Positions 9,089 through 17,407 of a stretch of DNA of 61,190 bases are shown here, piece after piece. Both the position numbers and the translations under genes were made by a program. The notes under the pieces were generated by a model. That model saw only the letters and a program-made list of their open reading frames with translations, ran no database searches and was not told where the DNA came from. The first letter of the stretch is position 1. The number at the start of each line of letters is the position of its first letter. Source of the stretch: a virus (lineage: Duplodnaviria; Caudoviricetes); the IMG/VR virus record IMGVR_UViG_3300009001_000002, positions 1 to 61,190 of that record; one strand, given 5' to 3'.

Positions 9089-9117
9089 TTTACTCAGGTT
9101 GTTTTTTATTTTATTAT
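9089..9117 (+). promoter_or_regulatory. Sigma70-like early promoter
   Basis: TTTACT-N17-TATTAT upstream of an AAAGGAGAAAG RBS. Confidence 0.6.
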
Positions 9118-9143
9118 AAACTATATTAGAAAGGAGAAAGCAA

Positions 9144-9506
9144 ATGGCTTTATCAACTAATACCCCTAAGGGTAAATTAAAGACGCCAAAAGCAGTAAAA
9201 GCTAAGGGCGCAAAAGAATCTAAGAGTAAGGTTGTACCTACTCCTAGAGAAAAGCAAGGCACATATAAGTACGACAGAGATGCTCGTATACAAGTATGCG
9301 TAGAGAAGAACCCAAAGAGAGAAGGCTCTAAGGGTTTCAAGATGTTTGAGATCTACAAGAATGGAATTACCATTCGTGAGTTTCTCGAAGCAGGTGGTAG
9401 AACTATTGATATCGATTGGGATAGAGAAAGAGGTTTTATTGCTACAGAAGATAGAGACAAAGAAGGTATGGGAAGTAAAACCCCTAAAGCGACATTCACT
9501 TTATAA
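9144..9506 (+). CDS. Basic NPK-domain protein, putative DNA-binding (paralog 1)
   Basis: Lys-rich N-terminus plus NPKREGSKGF..Y..GITIREF..AGGRTIDIDWD. Confidence 0.7.
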   Translation: MALSTNTPKGKLKTPKAVKAKGAKESKSKVVPTPREKQGTYKYDRDARIQVCVEKNPKREGSKGFKMFEIYKNGITIREFLEAGGRTIDIDWDRERGFIATEDRDKEGMGSKTPKATFTL

Positions 9507-9565
9507 TCGTTGTATACTTTGTTTTTATTATTCTTAGTATTATTTTATATTCATTTTCTTTTTCT

Positions 9566-9592
9566 GATAGGGGTCGTATTCCGGCCCTTATC
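9566..9592. terminator. Hairpin, possible terminator or processing stem
   Basis: GATAGGGGTCG-TATTC-CGGCCCTTATC. Confidence 0.4.
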
Positions 9593-9617
9593 TATCAACT
9601 AACTAAAGGAGGCTTAT

Positions 9618-9803
9618 ATGGCAAATACAGTAGAAGATATTATCAACGATATAGTATGCGATAAGGTTGAGGAAGAAATTAACAACGCTGATATCGAAAC
9701 TATGGTCGAAGATAAGGTCGGCGAATACCTAGACGACAATATTGTCGAATTACTTAAAAACAACTTAGATGACGTAGTTAAACTGCTGAAAGACAAGTTA
9801 TGA
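9618..9803 (+). CDS. Small acidic protein (possible DNA mimic)
   Basis: Very D/E-rich 61 aa; AAGGAGG RBS. Confidence 0.6.
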   Translation: MANTVEDIINDIVCDKVEEEINNADIETMVEDKVGEYLDDNIVELLKNNLDDVVKLLKDKL

Positions 9804-9874
9804 GATTAAATCAGCAAACTACCATTATAGTTTTATTACTGTTATTAGTTTTAAAACAATACGGTGTCTTATGA
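9800..9874 (+). CDS. Unannotated 24-aa hydrophobic peptide MRLNQQTTIIVLLLLLVLKQYGVL
   Basis: Fills the gap with ATGA overlaps at both ends. Confidence 0.5.
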   Translation: MRLNQQTTIIVLLLLLVLKQYGVL

Positions 9875-10401
9875 ATATCTTTGCTCTTTCACGATGTGCT
9901 CAAACGTCAGCTGAATGGCTATGCGATAAGCATGTCGTGAAGATGATATTAGAGACAGGCCAGATGTTATCGACAGCTCATCATGTCTTAGAATCTGAAC
10001 ATCTTGGTAAATATAAATATTACGAACCAGCATACGTAAACCACCCATGTACTGTATGGGCTCGAACTAGTCATGCTAATTATATTTGGCTTTACGAACA
10101 CTTCGAAAGACTATGCCAATTGTATGAAGAGATCTATAACAGAACCCATAAGACTTGGGTTAAGCTTAGTGTTGCTTGTCGTATGAGTCCATTCAAGCTA
10201 ACAGGTAAATATAAAACACCTGATAGTGACGTTCTTAACTTGACTGAGTTTCCTCAGTGTATGCCAGATCAATACAAAGATACTGACCCTCACATTGCAT
10301 ACCGAAGATATTATATAGGTGAAAAGCTACATTTCGCAGAGTACAAGAGTAGAAAGATTCCTGCGTGGCTTGCTTCGAAAGATGTTTATCTTGATAATTA
10401 A
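9871..10401 (+). CDS. Pyrimidine-dimer DNA glycosylase (DenV)-related protein
   Basis: MNIF.L...CDKHVVKMILETGQMLSTAH...NHPCTVW...PQCMPD.YK...AYRRYY. Confidence 0.65.
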   Translation: MNIFALSRCAQTSAEWLCDKHVVKMILETGQMLSTAHHVLESEHLGKYKYYEPAYVNHPCTVWARTSHANYIWLYEHFERLCQLYEEIYNRTHKTWVKLSVACRMSPFKLTGKYKTPDSDVLNLTEFPQCMPDQYKDTDPHIAYRRYYIGEKLHFAEYKSRKIPAWLASKDVYLDN

Positions 10402-10437
10402 TTCTTTATTATAAAATTATTATAAGGAGAAAGAACT

Positions 10438-10635
10438 ATGGCCGATCATTGTAATATATGCGATACTCGTAGACCTGATAGTGGTACTAAAGCTATGATG
10501 CTAGGAAGTATGTGGGTTGAGTTTTGTAATAAGTGTGAAAGCACTGAAATGCGTAATGAAGAAACAAAAGAAGTAATTACAGTTAAGGAACTGTACGACA
10601 GAATAACTTTAAGGAGGACTGAACATGATACTTAG
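10438..10635 (+). CDS. Small zinc-finger protein
   Basis: CNIC...CNKC; AAGGAGAAAG RBS. Confidence 0.55.
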   Translation: MADHCNICDTRRPDSGTKAMMLGSMWVEFCNKCESTEMRNEETKEVITVKELYDRITLRRTEHDT

Positions 10636-10849
10636 ATGTAGAGCACAAATACCATACGAACCAACTAGTGTGAATGATAAAACAAGGTTTTATAACATAT
10701 CGGTAGATATACCTTGCAAAGATTTCGAGTCAGGAAAAAGAGAATTCTATGACACGTTAGAAACTATATGTCCAGCACTTGAAGGTAGCAGATTATGGAA
10801 AGACAGATACTACATGAAAGAATTTAAAGATGTTTCATTGGGTAGTTAA
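10625..10849 (+). CDS. Hypothetical protein
   Basis: AGGAGG RBS. Confidence 0.5.
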   Translation: MILRCRAQIPYEPTSVNDKTRFYNISVDIPCKDFESGKREFYDTLETICPALEGSRLWKDRYYMKEFKDVSLGS

Positions 10850-10861
10850 ATAATTTATAAT
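10833..10861 (+). promoter_or_regulatory. Sigma70-like early promoter
   Basis: TTTCAT-N17-TATAAT; near-identical module at 11371-11398. Confidence 0.6.
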
Positions 10862-10883
10862 AAACAAAAGGAGAAAGTAGAAA

Positions 10884-11360
10884 ATGCGTGACGAATATCA
10901 AGAATTAGAAAACAACCTTATCGATACAGTTCGCTATTTTAAATCTGATAGTAAACTACAAGATAGGGCTTTTAAGAACGCCTACACTATGTTGATATAT
11001 AGACAGATGGATACGATTAATCTTGCTATATCTAGATTACAGAGTTTAGTTCAATCATGGGAACTATGCGATGGCATGGACGATATAAATGAATTACCAG
11101 GTTTCTGTGAGAACTATCCATTCAAACATTCACTAGATGAAATGGATACTATGTGGGGTGATATGAATGATGAGCAACGTAAAGAATATAATGCTAACAA
11201 GTTTATGGAACTAAAACAAAGACGTAGAGAATTAGGAGACAGAAAATATATACCAGATAGTGAGATTGTCGAAGAGCCTGAATCTGAAGATTACAGAAGA
11301 GGTTTTAAAGATGGTGAAGAACGTGCTAGAGAACACTATACTGGTGAAGTCAGAGATTAA
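10884..11360 (+). CDS. Hypothetical early protein (paralog of 11419-11742)
   Basis: Shared M..IN..I.RL...PGF..NYPFK..L.E....WG. Confidence 0.65.
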   Translation: MRDEYQELENNLIDTVRYFKSDSKLQDRAFKNAYTMLIYRQMDTINLAISRLQSLVQSWELCDGMDDINELPGFCENYPFKHSLDEMDTMWGDMNDEQRKEYNANKFMELKQRRRELGDRKYIPDSEIVEEPESEDYRRGFKDGEERAREHYTGEVRD

Positions 11361-11418
11361 AATAAAGAGGTTTCATCTGACGATTAATAGTTTATAATAA
11401 AACAAAAAGGAGAAAGAA

Positions 11419-11742
11419 ATGGACGTAAAAAAGATTTGGCAAGACAAAGAAATTAACTTCTCTATGCAAGAAATGCTTGCTCAGAACTATGAGGAAGTAC
11501 AACATAGAGCGAAAGCATATCGCTATATGGCAATTATAAATGAATCCATAAAGAGGTTAAAAGAAATCCAAGAGAAGTATTGGGTTAGTGTATTAGCTAG
11601 TGATTATAGTGACAAGAAGTTAGAAGATATCCCAGGCTTTGGTTATAACTATCCGTTCAAATGCGATCTATCAGAACTAAAACCTAATTGGGGAGAGTAC
11701 CCATGTTTCGCTCCTGTAGAAGAGGAAAATAACAATGAGTGA
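11419..11742 (+). CDS. Hypothetical early protein (paralog of 10884-11360)
   Basis: Same motif and a duplicated promoter/RBS. Confidence 0.65.
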   Translation: MDVKKIWQDKEINFSMQEMLAQNYEEVQHRAKAYRYMAIINESIKRLKEIQEKYWVSVLASDYSDKKLEDIPGFGYNYPFKCDLSELKPNWGEYPCFAPVEEENNNE

Positions 11743-12037
11743 TTTCAAACGTATCATACATAAAGTAAATCTCTTAATGTTGAATGGTGATGACGAAATG
11801 AAATCGTCAGAGAAAGATGACTTCGAACAATACTGTAAGATTAATTATGATGTTAACGATTTCTATGCTAACATTGAGTTTCACTATAACCCAAAGACTG
11901 AACAGACTTTAGTAGAATTGTTTGACGGAATAGAAGTTGTTACAGCTAGATTTAAGACGTGCCTTAAACCTTCCGAATGGATTATCTGGTACGCAGACTT
12001 AGCAAAGAAAAATGTCGATAGTAATTTAATTGTTTAA
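11735..12037 (+). CDS. Hypothetical protein
   Basis: GAGGA RBS, overlap with the previous gene. Confidence 0.5.
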   Translation: MSDFKRIIHKVNLLMLNGDDEMKSSEKDDFEQYCKINYDVNDFYANIEFHYNPKTEQTLVELFDGIEVVTARFKTCLKPSEWIIWYADLAKKNVDSNLIV

Positions 12038-12090
12038 AACTGTTATTTAAAATTTTATAATAAAGAAACTTTAAAAAGAAAGGTCGAAAG

Positions 12091-12423
12091 ATGAAAGTGT
12101 ATGCAATATTCAATGTCGATTCCGACAATACTTCTATTAGTCACAAAGACTTAAATAATGAAGAAGCTGTCCATAAATATATAACAGTTCCTACTCTAGC
12201 GTGGGCAGATAAAGACAGTGGATTCGTAGAATACGATATGGACAAAGAGAAGATATCACATTTCGTTTTATTCCCTGATTCTAAATCTGCGATAGCCGAA
12301 GCTAAAGAATTATCTGGTCATTCAGGATTAGAATATATAGTCAAGGAATTAGAATTAGATTTAACCGGAGGTTTAAACGTTCCTAACACGATCTTTAGTT
12401 CATATGATGACCACCCATATTAA
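12091..12423 (+). CDS. Hypothetical protein
   Basis: Own promoter TTTAAA-N17-TATAAT (12033-12061) and AAAGGT RBS. Confidence 0.55.
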   Translation: MKVYAIFNVDSDNTSISHKDLNNEEAVHKYITVPTLAWADKDSGFVEYDMDKEKISHFVLFPDSKSAIAEAKELSGHSGLEYIVKELELDLTGGLNVPNTIFSSYDDHPY

Positions 12424-12474
12424 TATAAAAACCTAGTATTTACTTATCGGGCCTTTTAGTTTATAGATAATTCT

Positions 12475-12936
12475 ATGGATAAAGGACCCGATAATATTAT
12501 TGATTTTACTAGTGCCGAAAATAAGATTTTATCAGACAAGGAAAAGAAGTTTGTTGAATTCATATTTCAAGGTTTAGGTAAGAAACAAGCGGCTTTAGAA
12601 GCTGGTTACGCACAATCTGCAGCGCACGTTCAAGCGACACGCCTACTAAAGAAAGATAAAATACGCAAGGCCCTTGATCGATTACGCTCTCTTCAACACC
12701 AACAAACAGTTCATACGATGGACAAGGAGATCGAAGCTATTGATGCCATGATCCAAGAAGCTAGAGACAGAGGGCAAATCGGTGCAGCGGTCCAGGCAGC
12801 TAGACTCAAAGCACAAATGTTAGGGTACCTTGTTGATAAGAAAGAGATTAAGACAACAAACCTTGACACCATGAGCGAGGACGACATCGTCAATTATCTT
12901 GATTCATTAAAAGCATCCTACAGCAACACGCAGTAA
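12475..12936 (+). CDS. terS: Terminase small subunit
   Basis: LSDKEKKFV...KQAALEAGYAQSAAHVQATRLLK HTH, then coiled coil and A...LKAQMLG. Confidence 0.8.
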   Translation: MDKGPDNIIDFTSAENKILSDKEKKFVEFIFQGLGKKQAALEAGYAQSAAHVQATRLLKKDKIRKALDRLRSLQHQQTVHTMDKEIEAIDAMIQEARDRGQIGAAVQAARLKAQMLGYLVDKKEIKTTNLDTMSEDDIVNYLDSLKASYSNTQ

Positions 12937-12942
12937 GCGTGG

Positions 12943-13070
12943 TTGATGGTTGTTGACTGTTGACCCTTGACTCTTGATCCTTAATGTACAACCCGGATCC
13001 AGGAGTACGGAGTACGGGATCATACAACAACATACCAGGATCTTTGTACAAGTCTGTACAACCCGGATCA
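12943..13070. repeat. 7-bp-period repeat array 1 (TTGAYNN, GGAGTAC x2, TGTACAACCCGGATC x2)
   Basis: TTGA at 12953, 12960, 12967, 12974; 15-mer at 12985 and 13055. Confidence 0.75.
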
Positions 13071-13163
13071 ACAAAAAACTAAATGTCATTATTTATAATA
13101 AAGATGTTTACTTATGCGGTTTACTTCGATATATTGGTATTAGAAATAAGAAAGGAAATGACT

Positions 13164-13526
13164 ATGAATAAAAAAACCGAAACTAAACTACCTAGAACTG
13201 TTAATCAGATCGGAAACGATATCTGTCTTTTTAGACTGGTTAACCCTAAACAGCATGGAAGTAAATCTCATGCGATTTACTCAAAAGCACAGAAAGCTAC
13301 TACTATCAAGGAAGCTTTCGAACAGGGATATAGAACTATTGATATCGCATACGATAGCATGAGTAATGGGAAGTTTAAGAAACCTAATGTACTTATCGCA
13401 AGATATCTTAAAAAAGACCATAAGGAATTATACTTGACATTCCTTAAAGAATTTGAGGGCATCAAGCTTTCACCTCAAATGGAAAAGAATGTGAAAGAAT
13501 TCACAGCATTAGTTAACAAATTATAA
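13164..13526 (+). CDS. NPK-domain protein (paralog 2); start reassigned from 13083
   Basis: AAAGGAA RBS, promoter TTTACT-N17-TATATT (13107-13135); RLVNPKQHGSKS...TTIKE...GYRTIDIAYD; ends VNKL. Confidence 0.7.
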   Translation: MNKKTETKLPRTVNQIGNDICLFRLVNPKQHGSKSHAIYSKAQKATTIKEAFEQGYRTIDIAYDSMSNGKFKKPNVLIARYLKKDHKELYLTFLKEFEGIKLSPQMEKNVKEFTALVNKL

Positions 13527-13534
13527 TTCGAATT

Positions 13535-13560
13535 GGGGACCTTCGGGTCCCCTTTTTTTT
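13535..13560 (+). terminator. Rho-independent terminator
   Basis: GGGGACC-TTCG-GGTCCCC followed by 8 T. Confidence 0.92.
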
Positions 13561-13564
13561 ATTC

Positions 13565-13720
13565 TTGATCGATTGATCCCTGTTGATCAGTTGATCCTTG
13601 ACTCTTGATCATTGACGTTTGTCGTTAGACAAAGTACGTAGTTAGTAGTTTGTCTATATTGTATATAATAAACAATCGATTGCGCTTCGTAAGCAAAGCT
13701 CTGCGCAACTCTGATCAACT
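13565..13720. repeat. 7-bp-period repeat array 2, rich in GATC and palindromes
   Basis: TTGA at 13565, 13573, 13583, 13591, 13598, 13605, 13612; CCTTGACTCTTGATC shared with array 1. Confidence 0.75.
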
Positions 13721-13784
13721 AAATAATATTATTTGTTTAGAATTGTCTTTATTTAAAATATTCTAATTTTAGAAAGGAAGAAAT

Positions 13785-13847
13785 ATGGACTTAATACTGT
13801 ATATATTACTAATTGCTTTTATAGCTATTACTACTACGCAATTTTAA
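13785..13847 (+). CDS. Unannotated 20-aa hydrophobic peptide MDLILYILLIAFIAITTTQF
   Basis: Promoter TTTAGA-N17-TATTCT and TAGAAAGGAA RBS; twin of 9018-9080. Confidence 0.55.
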   Translation: MDLILYILLIAFIAITTTQF

Positions 13848-13976
13848 GTTCTTTATAAAGAAATATATTTAATAAAAAAAATTAAAAAAAAGTTAAAAAA
13901 TAATTTTACTTTTTTTAAAAAATATGAAATAAATATACTATTCTTTAATATAAAGAATAAAGAAAGGAAAAAGAAA

Positions 13977-14366
13977 ATGAATAAAACTAAAGTAGAAGAA
14001 AAAGGAAAAGGAAAACTAAATAAATTTCCTTCTTCTTTAATAAGAATTAAAGATAATTTAATTCTTCATAGATTAGTAAACGATAAGAAAGGAAAATCGT
14101 TTACTAGATTAGAGAATTATAAATTCTCTACTACTATAGAAAATTCCGTTAAAAACGGAATGAGTAAAGACGATTACGATTATAATACTTCTAAATTAAA
14201 GACTATCTATTCGATAGATTTAAATAATCTAAGAAAAGAAAATAAACTTAGATACTTAGATACTATTAATCTTAATCTTTCATTTCTTAAAGATAGTAAG
14301 ATAACTAATAAAGATGAATTATTATCTTTAAATAAGAAAGCGTTAGAAGAAGTAAATAAATTATAA
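13977..14366 (+). CDS. Divergent NPK-domain protein (paralog 3), compositionally purged
   Basis: MNKT start, HRLVNDKKGKS...TTIE...G....DY, ends VNKL; AAAGGA RBS. Confidence 0.7.
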   Translation: MNKTKVEEKGKGKLNKFPSSLIRIKDNLILHRLVNDKKGKSFTRLENYKFSTTIENSVKNGMSKDDYDYNTSKLKTIYSIDLNNLRKENKLRYLDTINLNLSFLKDSKITNKDELLSLNKKALEEVNKL

Positions 14367-14376
14367 TCTTAATTTT

Positions 14377-14410
14377 TTCTAGAGAGAGTAAATACTCTCT
14401 CTAGAATTTT
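14377..14410 (+). terminator. Rho-independent terminator
   Basis: 14-bp inverted repeat TTCTAGAGAGAGTA/TACTCTCTCTAGAA followed by TTTT. Confidence 0.75.
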
Positions 14411-14534
14411 CGATTAAGTTTATAGAAAAAAATTTCGTATAAGTTTCAAAAAGCGAAAGGGCGGCTGATAAAGAGGATCGAAGAGCCGCAACAAATGGCT
14501 TTTATGTGTATAAATTTCGTATATAAATAAATAA

Positions 14535-15185
14535 ATGGCTTTTCTCACTGTGAATATTCCCCCTATTGAAGTTTATGTCAAAAAAGAGTATCTTTACGAC
14601 CATGAAAAAGGTCATGGAGAATTTGAAAAAGGCGTGTGGGTCACTGCTAAGTCGATTACCGGCAGAGCTTTGTATTTCGAAACGTACTTATATAATTCTG
14701 GCGCTCTTTATGATAAGTTGCCTATATCTGCTTTCTGTTCAAAGCCAGTAGATAAAGACGATAGCTTACCACTAGAAGAGTTACAGTTATGGGATTGTTT
14801 TAGTTATCATGTAGCTGTAATCCAGAAATGTAATCCCGGGACAGGGCGTTGCAAGTATTTATCCCCAAGTAAAAATTGGCACTACGGAACTTATTTGTTC
14901 ACGATAGATTCTGCTCACCCTGATCCCAATATTCCTGATGTCGGATATTCTGAAGTCCCGAGCCAACATAAGTCGTTTAATATTCTAGAACTAGATAACG
15001 GCCACTATGCGGCGCAACCGAATAACCGAGTTATTTTTTATGACAAGAGTTTATCTCCAAAAGAAATGACGTTCCCTGATTATAAAGTTTCGACTATTGA
15101 ATATAGTGTCGAGCATCATTCTAAATGGGTCGCTGGAGATGATGAAAGTTTCTTTTATGAACTTAGAGATACTACAAAAAGCTGA
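14535..15185 (+). CDS. Conserved phage hypothetical protein
   Basis: NIPP...KEYLYD...LQLWDCFSY...AAQPNNR pattern seen in marine phages. Confidence 0.7.
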   Translation: MAFLTVNIPPIEVYVKKEYLYDHEKGHGEFEKGVWVTAKSITGRALYFETYLYNSGALYDKLPISAFCSKPVDKDDSLPLEELQLWDCFSYHVAVIQKCNPGTGRCKYLSPSKNWHYGTYLFTIDSAHPDPNIPDVGYSEVPSQHKSFNILELDNGHYAAQPNNRVIFYDKSLSPKEMTFPDYKVSTIEYSVEHHSKWVAGDDESFFYELRDTTKS

Positions 15186-16665
15186 ACAAATAATCTTAGA
15201 TAAGAACGCTCCTCAAGAGATTCGAGAAAAAGCGTTCCTGGTCATCAAGAATCAAAAAGAAAAACAGGAAGTATCTGGAGCACAAACTTCGATATTAAAG
15301 TTCGCTCAACACATGTATAATGGGTACTCGACACCTGCTCATATACAATTAATCGCAAAAAATTTAGAAGCTTTAGAACGAGATGAATTTGATCGTCTAG
15401 CGATTTTCATGCCACCAAGACATGGAAAGTCAATGCTATGTTCCGAGATGTTTCCTGCTTGGTTTCTCGGTCGTAATCCTAAAAATTTCGTTATTCAATC
15501 TACGTATGCTCAAGAACTAGCTGATGATTTTGGACGCAAGGTGCGTAACCACGTGAAATCGGAAGAGTTCCTTAAAGTTTTTCCGAACACGACACTGAGA
15601 GATGATTCAACTTCAGCGAAACGTTTTCACACCGTTCAAGGTGGAACGTATTCAGCGGTTGGTGCGGGTGGCGCAATTACCGGTCGTGGTGCACACTTAC
15701 TCATTATTGATGATCCGATTAAAGGGCGTGAAGATGCGGAATCTCAAGTTCAAAGAAGGAATCTCATTGAATGGTATAAGTCGGTTGCTTTCACACGATT
15801 AATGCCGGGCGGAAAAGTAATCATCATTCAAACACGATGGCACGAAGAAGATCTCGCCGGTTTCGTTTTAGAAAATGAACCAGGGCAGTGGAAAGTTTTA
15901 GATCTTCCTGCGATTAATGATAACGGGGATGCTCTCTGGCCTGAAGCCTATCCTCTTGAAAAATTAAAAAAGATTCAAGCGACAGTCGGAGAAAGAGTCT
16001 GGCAAAGTTTATACCAGCAGAAGCCATCAGCAGAACAGGGGCAAATCTTAAAAAGAGATTGGTGGCAAATATGGGATAAGAAAAGATTTCCTGGATGCCA
16101 CACGATCATTCAATCGTGGGATACGGCGTTTTCAGCGAAACAGTCAGCGGACTATTCAGCGAGAACAACGTGGGGAGTGTTTACACATATAGACGAAGAA
16201 GGAAGAGATCAAGCTTGTATAATTTTATTAGAAGCTTGGCGTAATCGTGTCGAGTATCCTGAACTACGAAAAGAGGCTCAACAATCATTTTTCGATTGGA
16301 AGCCCGATGTCGTCTTAGTCGAGAAACGAGCATCAGGACAAAGCTTACTTCAAGATCTACGAAGAGCAGGAATTCCTGTGAAAGAATTTACACCCGATCG
16401 AGATAAAGTTTCGAGAGCCCATGTCGTAGCTTCCATGTTAGAAACGGGACTCATTTGGGTTCCTAATGAAGCGTGGGTAGAAGATTTAATTGAAGAATGT
16501 GCTTCCTTTCCTTATGGAAAGCACGACGATTTAGTCGATACGTCAACTCAAGCGTGGCAGCTTATACGAGATAATTATTTAGTTTCTCACCCGAACGATC
16601 CCGAAGATGAAGAATGGGACGATAAACCTTATCGAGTAATACAGAAAAAGTCCTTTTACAGTTAA
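15097..16665 (+). CDS. terL: Terminase large subunit (true start probably near 15139-15157)
   Basis: MPPRHGKS Walker A, LLIIDDP Walker B, QTRWHEEDL, SWDTA and HDDLVD nuclease motifs. Confidence 0.95.
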   Translation: MNIVSSIILNGSLEMMKVSFMNLEILQKAEQIILDKNAPQEIREKAFLVIKNQKEKQEVSGAQTSILKFAQHMYNGYSTPAHIQLIAKNLEALERDEFDRLAIFMPPRHGKSMLCSEMFPAWFLGRNPKNFVIQSTYAQELADDFGRKVRNHVKSEEFLKVFPNTTLRDDSTSAKRFHTVQGGTYSAVGAGGAITGRGAHLLIIDDPIKGREDAESQVQRRNLIEWYKSVAFTRLMPGGKVIIIQTRWHEEDLAGFVLENEPGQWKVLDLPAINDNGDALWPEAYPLEKLKKIQATVGERVWQSLYQQKPSAEQGQILKRDWWQIWDKKRFPGCHTIIQSWDTAFSAKQSADYSARTTWGVFTHIDEEGRDQACIILLEAWRNRVEYPELRKEAQQSFFDWKPDVVLVEKRASGQSLLQDLRRAGIPVKEFTPDRDKVSRAHVVASMLETGLIWVPNEAWVEDLIEECASFPYGKHDDLVDTSTQAWQLIRDNYLVSHPNDPEDEEWDDKPYRVIQKKSFYS

Positions 16666-16688
16666 TTAAATATCGTTATAGTATTTGA

Positions 16689-16922
16689 ATGGCAAGTATG
16701 TACAAAGCGACCAAGCCCATGCCGGCGAAATCTAGTCCTAATTATGCGAAAGCTTTAGTCGAAGAAGATGATCGTTTCTATGACAAATATCCAAGATGTT
16801 TAAGAGATGATGAGATGCTCGTTGAAGCTATGAATAATCCAGGAAAAGAAATCACTAGCGATAGCATGCAAGAAACACCCATGATGATGAGTGGCATGAT
16901 GGTCATTAAAATAAAAGGGTAG
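16689..16922 (+). CDS. Hypothetical protein
   Basis: First ORF of the late small-gene cluster. Confidence 0.5.
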   Translation: MASMYKATKPMPAKSSPNYAKALVEEDDRFYDKYPRCLRDDEMLVEAMNNPGKEITSDSMQETPMMMSGMMVIKIKG

Positions 16923-16925
16923 AAC

Positions 16926-17045
16926 ATGAAAAAGAAAATGGACTTGAATAAAGACGGCAAACTTTCGTCTTATGAAAAGAAACGAGGCATGGCGATTATG
17001 AAAGCAATGTCGAAGAAAAAGAAAAAGGGCAAGAAGAAAAAATAA
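16926..17045 (+). CDS. Unannotated 39-aa basic peptide with an EF-hand-like loop
   Basis: MKKKMDLNKDGKLSSYEKKRGMAIMKAMSKKKKKGKKKK; TAATG coupling to the next gene. Confidence 0.65.
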   Translation: MKKKMDLNKDGKLSSYEKKRGMAIMKAMSKKKKKGKKKK

Positions 17046-17278
17046 TGGGAAAATACAAAGGAACAAGATCAAGTTTAGGACCAGGTCCTAGTGATCGAGA
17101 AGCTGTAGAAACTGCTGGACGTGTTATGAATAATATGAAAAAACTTTATTCAGTATCTGATGCTGATGTTAAAGCTTTAAAAGATGCTAGTCAGATAACA
17201 ACAAAAGCAAATCCTGACGGTATGGGTAAAGATTCTACAGCAGCGATAAAAGAATTTTTAAAAAATAATAAGGAGTAA
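17045..17278 (+). CDS. Hypothetical protein
   Basis: Translationally coupled. Confidence 0.55.
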   Translation: MGKYKGTRSSLGPGPSDREAVETAGRVMNNMKKLYSVSDADVKALKDASQITTKANPDGMGKDSTAAIKEFLKNNKE

Positions 17279-17281
17279 ATC

Positions 17282-17407
17282 ATGCCAGGATCAAGGTATA
17301 AAGAATTAAAAGAACTTCTCGATAAAGCAGTAGAAGAAGATGATCAAGATCAAATTGATATCATCGAACCTGAACTAGAACAACTAGAACCAGAAGATGA
17401 CGATTAA
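17282..17407 (+). CDS. Unannotated 41-aa acidic peptide
   Basis: MPGSRYKELKELLDKAVEEDDQDQIDIIEPELEQLEPEDDD; AAGGAG RBS; TAATG coupling. Confidence 0.65.
   Translation: MPGSRYKELKELLDKAVEEDDQDQIDIIEPELEQLEPEDDD

Noticed and set aside
12907-13171. ORFs 12907-13089 (-) and 12974-13171 (+)
   Set aside because: They run through the heptamer array and a promoter without an RBS; likely non-coding
12943-13720. CRISPR array
   Set aside because: Units are 7-15 bp with no unique spacers, and no cas genes are present
4268-14366. Lysogeny module
   Set aside because: No integrase, repressor or ParA motifs were recognised
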